A stretch of 63,770 nucleotides of DNA, filler included, from Octopus bimaculoides (taxonomy: Eukaryota): assembly GCF_001194135.2 (NCBI RefSeq). It is 5 parts of 5 records of this genome, joined end to end, with 100 filler letters (N's around TTAATTAATTAA, not from the genome) between each part and the next. Parts side by side here need not be neighbours in the genome. Positions count along the whole stretch, not along the records: positions 1 to 20,490 come from NC_068996.1; positions 20,591 to 35,723 come from NC_068995.1; 3 more parts are not named here. One strand, 5' to 3'. Positions within the stretch are counted from its first letter, which is position 1, and the number at the start of each line of letters is the position of its first letter. Made by a program: the position numbers and the translations under genes. Positions 11,746 to 23,927 of this stretch are shown piece by piece. The notes under the pieces were generated by a model. The model was not told the DNA's origin. It was given only the letters and a program-made list of their open reading frames with translations, and did no database searches.

Positions 11746-12475
11746 CTACAAATACGTTTCACATGGTGTTACGATTATATCGAAATTTATTGCAAAAATG
11801 TTTTCAGAGCTGGGTAAGACGAGTTACGAATAACTAACACATTTGACTTTGTTTCCATAACCTTCAGAAAACGGGTATTTTTAATGACATTTTCTACAAA
11901 TACATTTCAGATGGTGTACGTTACGAGACATATCNNNNNNNNNNNNNNNNNNNNNNNNNNNNNNNNNNNNNNNNNNNNNNNNNNNNNNNNNNNNNNNNNN
12001 NNNNNNNNNNNNNNNNNNNNNNNNNNNNNNNNNNNNNNNNNNNNNNNNNNNNNNNNNNNNNNNNNNNNNNNNNNNNNNNNNNNNNNNNNNNNNNNNNNNN
12101 NNNNNNNNNNNNNNNNNNNNNNNNNNNNNNNNNNNNNNNNNNNNNNNNNNNNNNNNNNNNNNNNNNNNNNNNNNNNNNNNNNNNNNNNNNNNNNNNNNNN
12201 NNNNNNNNNNNNNNNNNNNNNNNNNNNNNNNNNNNNNNNNNNNNNNNNNNNNNNNNNNNNNNNNNNNNNNNNNNNNNNNNNNNNNNNNNNNNNNNNNNNN
12301 NNNNNNNNNNAATGACAAACGATGTGTGGTGGTCGGGAGACGTGGAATAAATAACAGCAGAATTCCGCCTTTCGGAAATTTCACACGAGTTGGTTTTGTT
12401 TCCTTATAACTTTCTGAAAAATGACTTTGTTTCTATGAAATTTTTTACAAATACCTTTTAGATGGTGTAAATTAT

Positions 12476-12645
12476 GATTATGCGGGAATTTAATATGAAT
12501 AAAGAAATTGTTAGGCTCGCACCCATACGTACTGACACATTACAATTTTTTTCGAAATTTCAAGTTTCATTTTGTGATGTGTAACAGTATGTATGTATGT
12601 GTGCGAGCCCAACAATTTCTTTTACACATTAAATTCTGATATAAT
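12476..12645. repeat. Imperfect inverted repeat, arms about 70 bp, spacer about 25 bp
   Basis: TAAAGAAATTGTTAGGCTCGCAC... pairs with ...GTGCGAGCCCAACAATTTCTTTA. Confidence 0.85.
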
Positions 12646-12989
12646 CGTAATATACTCCACCTCTAAGTTATAGAAATTTTTCATAAAAATTATCAAATTT
12701 TCGGAAAGTTGAGGAAACAAAACCGACTTTCGTAAAATTTCTGATATAATCGGAATCTAAACAATCTTAAAAATATCCATTGTTTTGAAAGTTACGAAGA
12801 AACAGTCGGGGAGGGGGACACTTGTATAAGAATACCGATTATGATTATATCGGAATTTAATGAAAAAAGTAATAATGATGCGATACTGCTATTAGGCAAC
12901 ACCATACGTTTAGAATTCCTACCTATTTCTTTTTCTTATACATTGAACATGGCCATTTATTTTTACTTTATTACTTTATAATAACTAAG

Positions 12990-13099
12990 TCTCACTCTCT
13001 CCGTCTGTGCGCCTGTCTCACTCACTCCATATGTGCGCCTGTCTTTCTCTCTGTCTGTACATCTCTCTATCTCTCTCTCTTTCTCTCTCTCTCTCTATC

Positions 13100-13141
<42 letters not shown>

Positions 13142-13295
13142 CATCTGTCTGTCTCCCTCTATGTCTGTACATCTATCTCTGTCTATATATGTCTGTACAT
13201 ATGTCTCTCTCTCTCTCTATGTCTGTACATTTGTCTCTCCCTCTCTCTCTCACTGTCTGTACATCCGTCTCTCTCTCTGGGCATGTACATCCGTC

Positions 13296-13328
<33 letters not shown>

Positions 13329-13349
13329 GAGCATGTACATCCGTCTCTT

Positions 13350-13381
<32 letters not shown>

Positions 13382-13739
13382 ACTCTCTCTTTCTCTCTCT
13401 CTCTCACTCTCCTTCTCTCTCTCTCTGGGCATGTGCATCCGTCTCTCTCTCTCTCTCCGGGCATGTACGTCTGTCTCTGGGCATGTACATCCGTCTCTCT
13501 CACTGTCTCAATCTCTCCCTCTGTCTCTCTCGCTCTCTCTCTATGCATGTACATCCATCACTCACGCTGGGCGTGAACATCCGTCCCTCTCAGGGCGTGT
13601 ACATTCATCCCTCTCTCTCTCTGGGCATGTACGTACGTCTCTTACTCTGGGCATATATGTCCGTCTCTCAATCTGGGCATGTACGTCCATCTCTTTCTCT
13701 GAGCATGTACGTCATTCTCTCTCTGAGAATGTACGTCCG

Positions 13740-13777
<38 letters not shown>

Positions 13778-13801
13778 CCTGTATCTGTCTCTCTCTCCCT
13801 G
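12990..13801. repeat. (CT)n-based minisatellite with recurrent GGGCATGTACATCCGTCTCT unit
   Basis: More than 10 variants of the unit, interspersed with CT tracts. Confidence 0.9.
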
Positions 13802-14039
13802 NNNNNNNNNNNNNNNNNNNNNNNNNNNNNNNNNNNNNNNNNNNNNNNNNNNNNNNNNNNNNNNNNNNNNNNNNNNNNNNNNNNNNNNNNNNNNNNNNNN
13901 NATGAGAGGGGTGCAGAAGTGTCAGGTTCAGGGAAATGTGGCATAATGAGGATGGCTGATATCAAGGAAGTGGAGGAGTGAGGAAGAGATAGACACACAG
14001 GGAATGTGAGGTGTGTGTGTATCTTCCTTATGCATTTGC

Positions 14040-16720
14040 AAACCAAGTTGTCAATTTTGACAAATGGGGTATCAAAAGATTCAGTAATCTTACAACTACC
14101 AAATAAACATTTTCATTTACATAACGAAAATTTTACATTATAATCCTTTCTATAAATGAACTATTGTAAACATTTTATACATTTTCAATATGAGTGTGTA
14201 CCTTAAAAAACATCCATTTCTCTATACGTTATGACAAAATAGTCACTCACTCACTCTCACATGCACACACATATATACAAAGAAGATGTATGGATATTTA
14301 TTTATGTAGGTGTATCATTCAACTACGGTAGTAGTTGAATAATATTAAGACTGCAATTTTCTCACACGCAGCATCTTTCAGAGCTTGTTGCTAATTCAGA
14401 TCTTAACGAAATTGAAAACTTAACATTTCTGAAGAGGACTGGTCACTCGCTACATTTTGGCATAAAAAATTTGAGATTTGATCCAGCAGAAAAAAGTTTG
14501 CATTGAAATTTATAGCAACATTATAGGAGAGTAGGTAACACCACCAATCAAGTTTAGATCTAAATAACTTTATTTTAAAGGCAAAATATATATATCTTAG
14601 CTTCAATGATAGAATAAAGCATTAAGAATTTCATAGTTTTGGTCCCATGCAACAAAAATTTGTATCAAAAATTTGTGAGGTAAAATTTGTGAAAATAATA
14701 AGTAAGGCAAAAAATTGAATTTAAGTACAATTAACTTTTTTATTTTAAAAATAAATTATATTTTAATTAAGCTTAAATGATAGAGCTCAATTCGAAGAAT
14801 TTCATGGTATCAATCTCAGGCAATGAAGTTTTAAAAGAAAAAAGTTATGAGTGTTTGTTTCTCAAATTTGAGGGTGGTAATATAGTTCTAAATCTATGAG
14901 TATAGTTCTATTAGGGGACTTTTAATAGGTCTCTGGCATCACTGAGGTAAGGAAAAATTATCAACAATACCACTAAGTGACACATTTAACACATTAATTA
15001 GCATAATGGCATAACCTGGAAAAAACATGGATTACATGGAAAAATGCAAACAAGAGAAATAATATTCTCAAGATTATAAACCTGGAAAATTACAGGACAA
15101 GTTATTACACTTGGAAAAGTTCAGAACAACTAATTACATCTGGTAAAGTACAGAATAAGAAAATTTTCATTTAAAATATTGCAGCTAAGAATAAAATTTG
15201 AATATTAAATATTATTTGATCTTAATTTACAAAGTAACATTATAATTAAAAAAGGTACCATCATTTTGTTAAAATATTGACACACTAGAATACTTAAAAA
15301 ATGAGAGCCAGAAGTACCAATATAGTTCAAGTTTTATGCAAAGTAGAATAGTATATATGGTAGGCAAAGTCATTATGTTAAAATAGGCATTGGGTCAAGA
15401 CTAAAAATGTGAAGACTTAGCAACAACTTAGGTAATAACTCAAGCAAAATTCACTGAATTTGTTGTAATAGGTAGATTTTACAGTAATATATAATTAATT
15501 CTTGTATTCTATTTATTGTACTAATTATGTACTATTATTTTTATAACCTATTTTAAAATTTCTAATTATTAATTAATAATTAAAAATTGAACTTTTTTAA
15601 AGTGCAAAAAATATCTTGAGTTAATTTTTATTTTTAATAGAAGTAACAAGTAGAAGTAATAACTTGTAATAAAATTTTTAGTTTTAATAAAAGCTAATAT
15701 TTTCTAAATCTAAATATTTTAAAATTTTATCCTTAGCTACAATATTTTAAGTAAAAGTTTCTTGTTCTGTACTTTACCAGATGTAATAAGTTGTCCTGAA
15801 CTTTTCCAAGTGTCCTGTAATTTTCCAGGTTTATAATCTTAATATTTCACTTGCTCACATTTTTCCATGCAATATGAAAGGTGTATGTGAGTGTGAGAGA
15901 GAGCGAGAGAGAGACTGAGTGAGTACCACTTACACATACATGACAACACACACCTTCACTCTCGCTCCTTTCACTCACTCACATACGCATGTACACATGT
16001 CCATTTCATATACACGTACATACATCTTTCACTTTCTGCTCTCACTTCAAAGCAAATGCTATAGTTTCATTTTCTCTTCTCTTTCAATTTCTGCTCTCTT
16101 CAAAGCGTAAAGAAATAAAAATTTTTTATGGAAATTAACAAATACATTTGAAAACTGAGTTGCTAATTTTGATTTATGGGGTATCAAAAGATTCAGTAAT
16201 CTTTTGACAAACAAACTATTTTCATTTACATTACAAAAATTAAACATGGTAATCTTTCTATAATTCAACTATCCTAAATGACATTTTATACCATGACATC
16301 ACATTTTCTATGAGTGTGTTCCTTAAAAAGACATCCATTTCTCTAATGTTATGAGGAAATACAATCACTCACTTTCTCTTACATGCACACACACTCATAC
16401 AAAAAAGATGTATGCATATGTGTTTATGTACGTGTCTATGAAAGAATGTGAGAGAGAGAGAGAGAGAAAGAAAGTGAGTGTCACTTACACATACATGCAA
16501 AAAATGCATACACAACAACACACACCTCCACTCACACACACTCTCTCACACACGCACACACACGTCCATCTCATATACACATAGATACATCTTTCACTTT
16601 CTCTTTTTTACATTCTGCTCTCACTTCAAAGCAAATGTCGCCTTTTCACTTTCCTTTCGATTTCTGCTCTCTTCAAAGCATAAAGAAATAAAAACTTTTA
16701 TGAAAATTAGTGAACAATCA
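14040..16720 (+). repeat. Diverged direct duplications: about 14040-14300 vs 16150-16430, and 15920-16130 vs 16475-16705
   Basis: Shared GGGGTATCAAAAGATTCAGTAATCTT, TATGAGTGTGT...CATCCATTTCTCTA and CTCTCACTTCAAAGCAAATG...TAAAGAAATAAAAA. Confidence 0.8.
15031..15873. repeat. Long inverted repeat / foldback (arms about 15031-15200 and 15721-15873)
   Basis: AAGATTATAAACCTGGAAAATTACAGGACA...CATCTGGTAAAGTACAGAA is matched in reverse complement. Confidence 0.85.
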
Positions 16721-17580
16721 TATGATCCCTCAGGATCAACCATATAATTGAGTTGACAACTTTCCTGCTTCAAACGAAAGAATGCCATAAAATAACTTCC
16801 TTTGGCGCGCACACACACACAAATCCAACTGAAATCACCTTTTACTATTCTGTAATTCGTGTTTGTGATGACTATTTAAAAACCCGATCTTTGATATGAA
16901 TTTAAAAGGAAGTTCTCCCAGAAATCCTATCCTTTACTTGTTGTTTCTAGCATGTCCGAGATGACATTTGCACTCCCACCACACCTGATTTTTTTCCCTA
17001 AATTTCTTCTGATTCCTATGTTTTCAATACAAGAGATTAGGATATCACCCAAAAACACATTCTTAATATTTTAATTTTTTTCCCCTCCCCACCCCAATTT
17101 CTTCATTTAAAAATTTTTTTCTCCAAATTTTTTTTCTTGGCAATCCATGGAGAAAAAAAACAGTATTAATCTTTAAGAATTTTCTTCCATTTTTCTTAAA
17201 GAAACTTCCTTCCGAAACATCCACCTATCACCTCACTACTTTCAAAAGGTTACAAACTCCCAATGTNNNNNNNNNNNNNNNNNNNNNNNNNNNNNNNNNN
17301 NNNNNNNNNNNNNNNNNNNNNNNNNNNNNNNNNNNNNNNNNNNNNNNNNNNNNNNNNNNNNNNNNNNNNNNNNNNNNNNNNNNNNNNNNNNNNNNNNNNN
17401 NNNNNNNNNNNNNNNNNNNNNNNNNNNNNNNNNNNNNNNNNNNNNNNNNNNNNNNNNNNNNNNNNNNNNNNNNNNNNNNNNNNNNNNNNNNNTTTTAGCT
17501 TTTTGAAAAGTGGGTAGGTGATGGGTGAGCAAGGTAGGGGAAGGGCCATTGAGTGTTTCTTTAAGAAAAATTAAACTTTA

Positions 17581-17800
17581 TCTATAAAACACAGGATGTG
17601 TGTGTCTGTCTGTCATGTCATTAAAACTCAAGATCCACCCAACCGATTTTAACGAAATTTTACACATGCATTACATAGGGTCCATGAAGTATCATGGGCC
17701 AAAAAAATTTTCGAATTCTTGCCTAATGCAGGCCCAGGGGCAGACAAACCGCATTTTTAAAGCATTTTCACAGTGTTAAGGCCTGTAACTCGAAGATTAT
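17581..17800 (+). mobile_element. Non-autonomous Helitron-like 5' end
   Basis: A/TCTATAAAA start, GTGTGTGTCTGTCTGTC, then AACCGATTTTAACGAAATTTT; the 3' end was not identified. Confidence 0.45.
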
Positions 17801-18569
17801 CCAGTCGCTTTCCTCCAAATTTGGAACAAACATTAATCAGGTTCCTCAAAATGCTGCTGACTAAAAAAAAAATTTATGTCACCAACTATGCCCCCTCACC
17901 AAATGCAAATTAATCAGATTTGAGTATACTGCACTGGGTTTTACCTTTGTTTTAGGCTATTTTCGGACAATAAAATATTGACACTACTTATGCATTATAA
18001 GTAGTGTATAATATTTCATTAAAACCTTTTTGCCCAAGTTGTCAGTACCCTGTTGATGCTTCATGTTACCATCCCGCGCACCACTGGGTGTGTGTGTGTA
18101 TATGTGTGTGTGTGCATGGCTGGTAAAAGCACAACAAACTTATTCATCCATTCTCCAGATGTGCCCTGTTGATGTTTCACATTTCCAATCTTGCACAATG
18201 CCGCATGGCTGCTTTCTATGCCATCCATGTCTGAACTATATGATGCAAAATGTTCATACAAAAAAACCAAACTGCTGCTGTGACTCACAGCCATTTAAGT
18301 TTGAACACATGACCACTTCTGGAAGCTACGCTCACCACCTTCATCCCCATGTTCCCTCCCCCATTTAGTCAGATGAGTAAATACAGGCTATCCTAGAATT
18401 AACGATGATTTGAGTGAAATTGGATGCATTTTTTTTTAAACTCACTTTTATTATGCTTATCATATTTAATGTGTTAAAAGTGTATAAATTTTGAATTTTG
18501 TTTATAATTTTATTTTCATTTCTCATCCATGACAACTTTTTATCAATTTGCCAGCAATCATTTTCTTTA

Positions 18570-18849
18570 CCTCCAACCCCAAGATAGAGCAATTGTTTAG
18601 CTGAGCTTAAAGAACACATTCAGTTGGCAGTGCAGGAGCTAACTCCTGAAAAGCTTCAAAATATGTTTCACAATGCTAAGTCGAGATTTGAAGTATGCAG
18701 GGACACAGACATGTTGAAAACTTTCAATAAAAGTTTGACATAAGATTTATAAATCTATTTGTTTTGATAAGAAGCATAAATTTGTCAGTTTTTAAAAAAA
18801 TTTGCTCAAGTTTCATAGAAACAGATAGTTAATTCTGGAACACCTTGTA
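18570..18849 (+). mobile_element. Tc1/maT-like 3' remnant with right TIR
   Basis: LAELKEHIQLAVQELTPEKLQNMFHNAKSRFEVC; terminus AATTCTGGAACACCTTG/TA. Confidence 0.65.
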
Positions 18850-18984
18850 TGGTGTAGTATTGTTAGTTGTTGCATTGCTTGAGTAAGTATTAAAATCAAA
18901 GGTCTTCTTGCTGTAAGCATTCCATCCTTTTGTTAAGCATATTGTAGCAAGGAGTATATTATCCAAAATGTATCTGTCCTTTAT

Positions 18985-19110
18985 ACGCGTGGCTTTGTGG
19001 TTGAGAAGCTTGCTTTCCAACCATGTGGTCTTGGGTTCAGTCCCACTATGCGGCATGTTGGGCAATTCTCTTTCATTATAGCTCCATGCCAACCAAAGCT
19101 TTGTGCATTA
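18985..19110 (+). mobile_element. CORE-type SINE 5' part
   Basis: tRNA-like head GCGTGGCTTTGTGGTTGAG...GGGTTCAGTCCCAC, then TTGGGCAA...CTATAGC-like core. Confidence 0.75.
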
Positions 19111-19123
19111 TATAATTACCATT

Positions 19124-20195
19124 ACTCCCAAGGCTGAAGACTCGGGAGGCTCAAAGTGAAAACCAAGGTTTCAGTAGACACCATCAATGACCTCCTGTTC
19201 GCCAATGACTGCACTCTCAATGCTGAAACTGAGTCCAACATGCAGCACAGCGTTGACTTGTTCTCTGGCACCTGCAACAACTTTGGCCTTACTATCAATA
19301 CAAAAAAGACTGAGGTAATATATCAGCTAGCTCCAACCAAGCCCTATGTTGAACCCAACATCACCATCAACGGGCAGTGACTGAATGCGGTGGACAAGTT
19401 CACCTACCTGGCAGCACACTCTCTAGAAATGTTGTCATCGATGATGAAATCAATGCCAGACTCGCCAAGGCAAGCGCTGCCTTCGGCAGGCTACGCAAGA
19501 CTGTCTGGAACAGGAGGGGGATCACCATCATGCCAAAGATCAAGTTGTACCGGGCTCTTGTTCTCACAACGCTGCTTTATGGCTGCGAGTCCTGGACGGT
19601 CTACCAGTGTCATGCCAGGAAGCTGAACCACTTTCATACAATACGCCTCAGAAATCTTCTCGGCATAAAGTGGCAGGAAAGGATCCCAGACACCGAGGTA
19701 CTAATACATGCTAACCTCCCCAGCTTCCATACCATTTTGATGCAGTCTCAGCTTCGCTGCGCAGGGTGCGTAGCTCGCATGTCAGACGATCGATTACCAA
19801 AAAGATTGCTCTTTGGCGAGCTGCAAAAGAGAAAGCGCTGACAAGGCGGCCAGAAGAAGCGCTTTAAGGGCACACTGAAAACCTCACTGAAAGCCTTCAA
19901 CATCGACCGTGACACTTGGGAGCAGTCTGCTTGAGACAGAGAAAGGTGGCTATCAGCTGTCCACAAGGGTGCCAATACATGCAAGACCAATAGGATTGTT
20001 GCTGCAGAAGACCGCAGACAAGCCAGGAAGAACAGAGCTAACAACCCTGTAGCAGGCACTACCATCTCCTGTCCACACTGTCAAAGACTCTTTCAGGCTC
20101 GGATTGGCCTCACTAGCTATCTGCGGACCCACAAAACAAGCCCACCCCAACCCCAGGATGACTAGATGGTCTTCATCGCATCAATGGACAAACTA
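19124..20195 (+). mobile_element. RTE-BovB-like LINE, 5'-truncated
   Basis: KTKVSVDTINDLLFANDCTL, KFTYLGSTLS, LLYGCESWTVY, RLPKRLLFGEL and a C-terminal zinc finger CPHCQRLFQARIGLTSYLRTH; few frameshifts. Confidence 0.92.
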
Positions 20196-20432
20196 CATAC
20201 ATACAATTACTGTATTGATATATAAAATCAACACCTACCACTCATTATTGTTATAGAATAAACAAACAGAAGTTCGTGTATGAAACTGATCATCTACTTC
20301 AATTATTACATGTTTTTTCCTTATAAAATACACATATACAGGAGGAGTAAATATATATATAATAACACTTTGAATGTGGCTCCTGAGAAAGAGTAAAAGT
20401 AATTACCCAATCAACAATGGGTATTACTGCTA

Positions 20433-20490
<58 letters not shown>

Positions 20491-20535
20491 NNNNNNNNNN
20501 NNNNNNNNNNNNNNNNNNNNNNNNNNNNNNNNNNT

Positions 20536-20547
20536 TAATTAATTAAN
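20536..20547. other. Assembly spacer TTAATTAATTAA centred in about 100-bp N blocks (also 35768-35779, 54254-54265, 62231-62242)
   Basis: The same 12-mer is flanked by 43-45 Ns each time and contains TAA in all six frames. Confidence 0.95.
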
Positions 20548-20590
20548 NNNNNNNNNNNNNNNNNNNNNNNNNNNNNNNNNNNNNNNNNNN

Positions 20591-20643
20591 CACCACCACC
20601 ACCACCATCATCATCAACATCATCATCCTCATCATCATCATCG

Positions 20644-20677
<34 letters not shown>

Positions 20678-20700
20678 TATCAACAACAACAACAACAACA
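20591..20700. repeat. (CAC)/(CAT)/(CAA) compound trinucleotide
   Basis: Read directly from the sequence. Confidence 0.95.
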
Positions 20701-22121
20701 TAAGCATCTACATTACCAACAACTTACAACGTATGTTATAGTCTTCGTGCAATCACTCTCCTCCAGGCAGGTGAGCAATCAATAGTCTTTGCTTTCGTTT
20801 CGTCGCGGAGCTGAAGTTTCAAAGCCTTTTCAAAATGGCTTCCTTTGGGACGAAGAAAAGTGAGGTTGCTATTGAGTAATGACGACTAGTCGAAAGCGGT
20901 AATGACCAGGTCTTTTAAAACAGCAAACATTCAAACAGGGTAACATCTCACATTTTATCAATAGTTCTATTTGAATTTAACCAAATCATTGTTGTTGTTG
21001 TTGTTGTTGTTGTCCTAAGATAGCATCAGCAGATAACAGAGTAAGAAGGAAGTGCTCTAGCATGGCCGTAGTCAGATGACTGAAACAAGTGAAAGAGTAA
21101 AAGAGTAAAACAGATAGATACATAGGTATATATATATATATANNNNNNNNNNNNNNNNNNNNNNNNNNNNNNNNNNNNNNNNNNNNNNNNNNNNNNNNNN
21201 NNNNNNNNNNNNNNNNNNNNNNNNNNNNNNNNNNNNNNNNNNNNNNNNNNNNNNNNNNNNNNNNNNNNNNNNNNNNNNNNNNNNNNNNNNNNNNNNNNNN
21301 NNNNNNNNNNNNNNNNNNNNNNNNNNNNNNNNNNNNNNNNNNNNNNNNNNNNNNNNNNNNNNNNNNNNNNNNNNNNNNNNNNNNNNNNNNNNNNNNNNNN
21401 NNNNNNNNNNNNNNNNNNNNNNNNNNNNNNNNNNNNNNNNNNNGATAGACAGACATGTAGCTATGAAAATGAAAATGAGTGAAAGGTAAAGGATAGAGTA
21501 ATTATTTCCGCTGACATGATCCACCGTTCGCGGCGGGAAAATATGCACGTTGTGTTTTGTTACAAGCCATAAACATGAAATCTGAAAGGCTACGAATAGC
21601 ATTTTTTTCTTTTCTTCTCCGTTCATTTTTTTTTCCTGTTCTACTTGCTTTTACTAGTATATATATGAATGTTTGTTTTGTTTTACGTGTCTTTTGTTAA
21701 AGTTAGAGAGCCCTACTTGAAAAACAGTAAATATTGTGTTTTCTTTACTGCCTGTCCCTTCGTCTATTACTCCGTATACACACGTAGGCAAACACGTAAA
21801 TACGGCAGCGTCTGTAAGCACACTTTTGCGCAGTGAAATTCTAAACAAACTCAAAAGAAATATAACAGTTCAGCACGCCAATAACAGACAAAAAAAAAAA
21901 TAGAAACAAAACGTAATAAATAAATGATAAAAAGATGACCATAAAGAAAGAAAGAAAATAACAAAGAAATAAAAGAAGTCTGTTTGTATATTGACATTTT
22001 GTTTTCATATAAATGTACACAAATCTATGAACTTAGCATGCTCTAAATTAGATTTTGTCTTCTCATTGAGGTCAGAATTGACCAACTAAATGTGGATTTT
22101 AACTCAAAAAGACCGCTTCAC

Positions 22122-22178
22122 CTTTAGGCACGCAACTTTTGATAACGGTTCAAGACAACTTGTACTGCAGCTTTAGAG
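22122..22178 (-). CDS. Possible terminal coding exon (SKAAVQVVLNRYQKLRA*)
   Basis: Acceptor TATTTCGTTTTAG, followed by unique AT-rich sequence that could be a 3' UTR. Confidence 0.2.
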
Positions 22179-22767
22179 CTAAAACGAAATACTAATAAAG
22201 TAACATAAAAAATAATAAATGATAAGAAAAAGAAATAACCCAAGCAAACACACTCGTAGCATAAAATGAAAAACAGCACGGAAGACACATCTTTAGTTCA
22301 AAAGTACAAGAGACAAATAAGTTCATAGTGATGGCGGCAACAAGTTTCTTTTTTTAATTGTTGTTCTTTTTTGATGGTGGTGACGGTGGTGCTACCGGTT
22401 GGGATGTTGTTGCGATGATGGTGGTGCTAGTATTTAGCCCTAGGTAGAGTTAGTTCCGGCTTTAGCCATCCCTTCTATTGGTCGGTCGTGTGTGTCTAGA
22501 AACAAATTATTTAATGTGTTGTTTCTTTTATATCATAGAAAATAGGGTCCGACAAGTGAGGATTTCATTGTCATTTCTAGCGTAGGTGTTTTTATTTATC
22601 ATAATTGAATATTTATTTTGTTACCTGCGGTGGTAGAGCGGTGGTGGAGCGGTGTGGGTGTATTTGATGGTCGTAGTTTATGCAAGGTTGTGCTGTCATT
22701 GTAGTGGTTCTATTATATATAAAGATGTATTTCTCTCTGTGTGTGTATGTGTGTGTGCCTGTATTTA

Positions 22768-22807
<40 letters not shown>

Positions 22808-23128
22808 NNNNNNNNNNNNNNNNNNNNNNNNNNNNNNNNNNNNNNNNNNNNNNNNNNNNNNNNNNNNNNNNNNNNNNNNNNNNNNNNNNNNNNNNNNNNN
22901 NNNNNNNNNNNNNNNNNNNNNNNNNNNNNNNNNNNNNNNNNNNNNNNNNNNNNNNNNNNNNNNNNNNNNNNNNNNNNNNNNNNNNNNNNNNNNNNNNNNN
23001 NNNNNNNNNNNNNNNNNNNNNNNNNNNNNNNNNNNNNNNNNNNNNNNNNNNNNNNNNNNNNNNNNNNNNNNNNNNNNNNNNNNNNNNNNNNNNNNNNNNN
23101 NNNNNNNNNNNNNNNNNNNNNNNNNNNN

Positions 23129-23170
<42 letters not shown>

Positions 23171-23389
23171 GCCCTTGCAAATATTGTTCAAAGGATAATT
23201 TATTAATTAGTAACGAATGTATAATATAATACGAATAGTGGAGAGCTGTGCTATTTCAATTCAATTGTGAAGCATAGAATGGGGTCACTTTTTCAAACTA
23301 TGTCTTGCTTTCTAAAGACCTGGAATACAGTTTTTAATTATCTTTGCTAAGGGTTTCCATAAGGATATAAGTTGCTGCGATTTTTAGTA

Positions 23390-23407
23390 ATATCATCATC
23401 ATCATCC

Positions 23408-23440
<33 letters not shown>

Positions 23441-23563
23441 CCAGCACCATCACAACCAGCATCATCATCCTCATCATCATCGTCGTAGTCGTCGTCGTGG
23501 TCGTCATCATCGTCATCGCTGTCGCCGTATTTCGTAATCGTCAACGTCATGATCACGATCAAG

Positions 23564-23643
<80 letters not shown>

Positions 23644-23645
23644 GA
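23390..23645. repeat. (CAT)n-rich trinucleotide tract
   Basis: Read directly from the sequence. Confidence 0.95.
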
Positions 23646-23708
23646 ACAACAACACGACACACCTGGAACATTTTGTTCTCACATTTTTTTTTGTATTATG
23701 TTTCTTAG

Positions 23709-23727
23709 ACATATCATTGTAAACATG
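23709..23727 (+). other. Possible 19-bp micro-exon ending in AAACATG
   Basis: TTATGTTTCTTAG acceptor and ATG/GTATGT donor; a further acceptor CTCGCTGCAG ends at 24028. Confidence 0.25.
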
Positions 23728-23768
23728 GTATGTGCGTTGCTGCGTGCGTGTATGTGCGTGTGTATGTT

Positions 23769-23799
<31 letters not shown>

Positions 23800-23893
23800 T
23801 TGTGTTTGTGTTCGTGCGTGTGCGTGTGTATACGGATATGTAGACATATATATACAGGTATATTCCTACATGCATGCATTTATATATACTTAT

Positions 23894-23927
<34 letters not shown>

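Noticed and set aside
16860-16990. C/D-box snoRNA (GTGATGA...CTGA)
   Set aside because: No terminal stem or recognisable guide; such motifs are frequent by chance.
18100-18330. Old RTE 3' relic on the minus strand
   Set aside because: Only a vague resemblance; too degraded to call.
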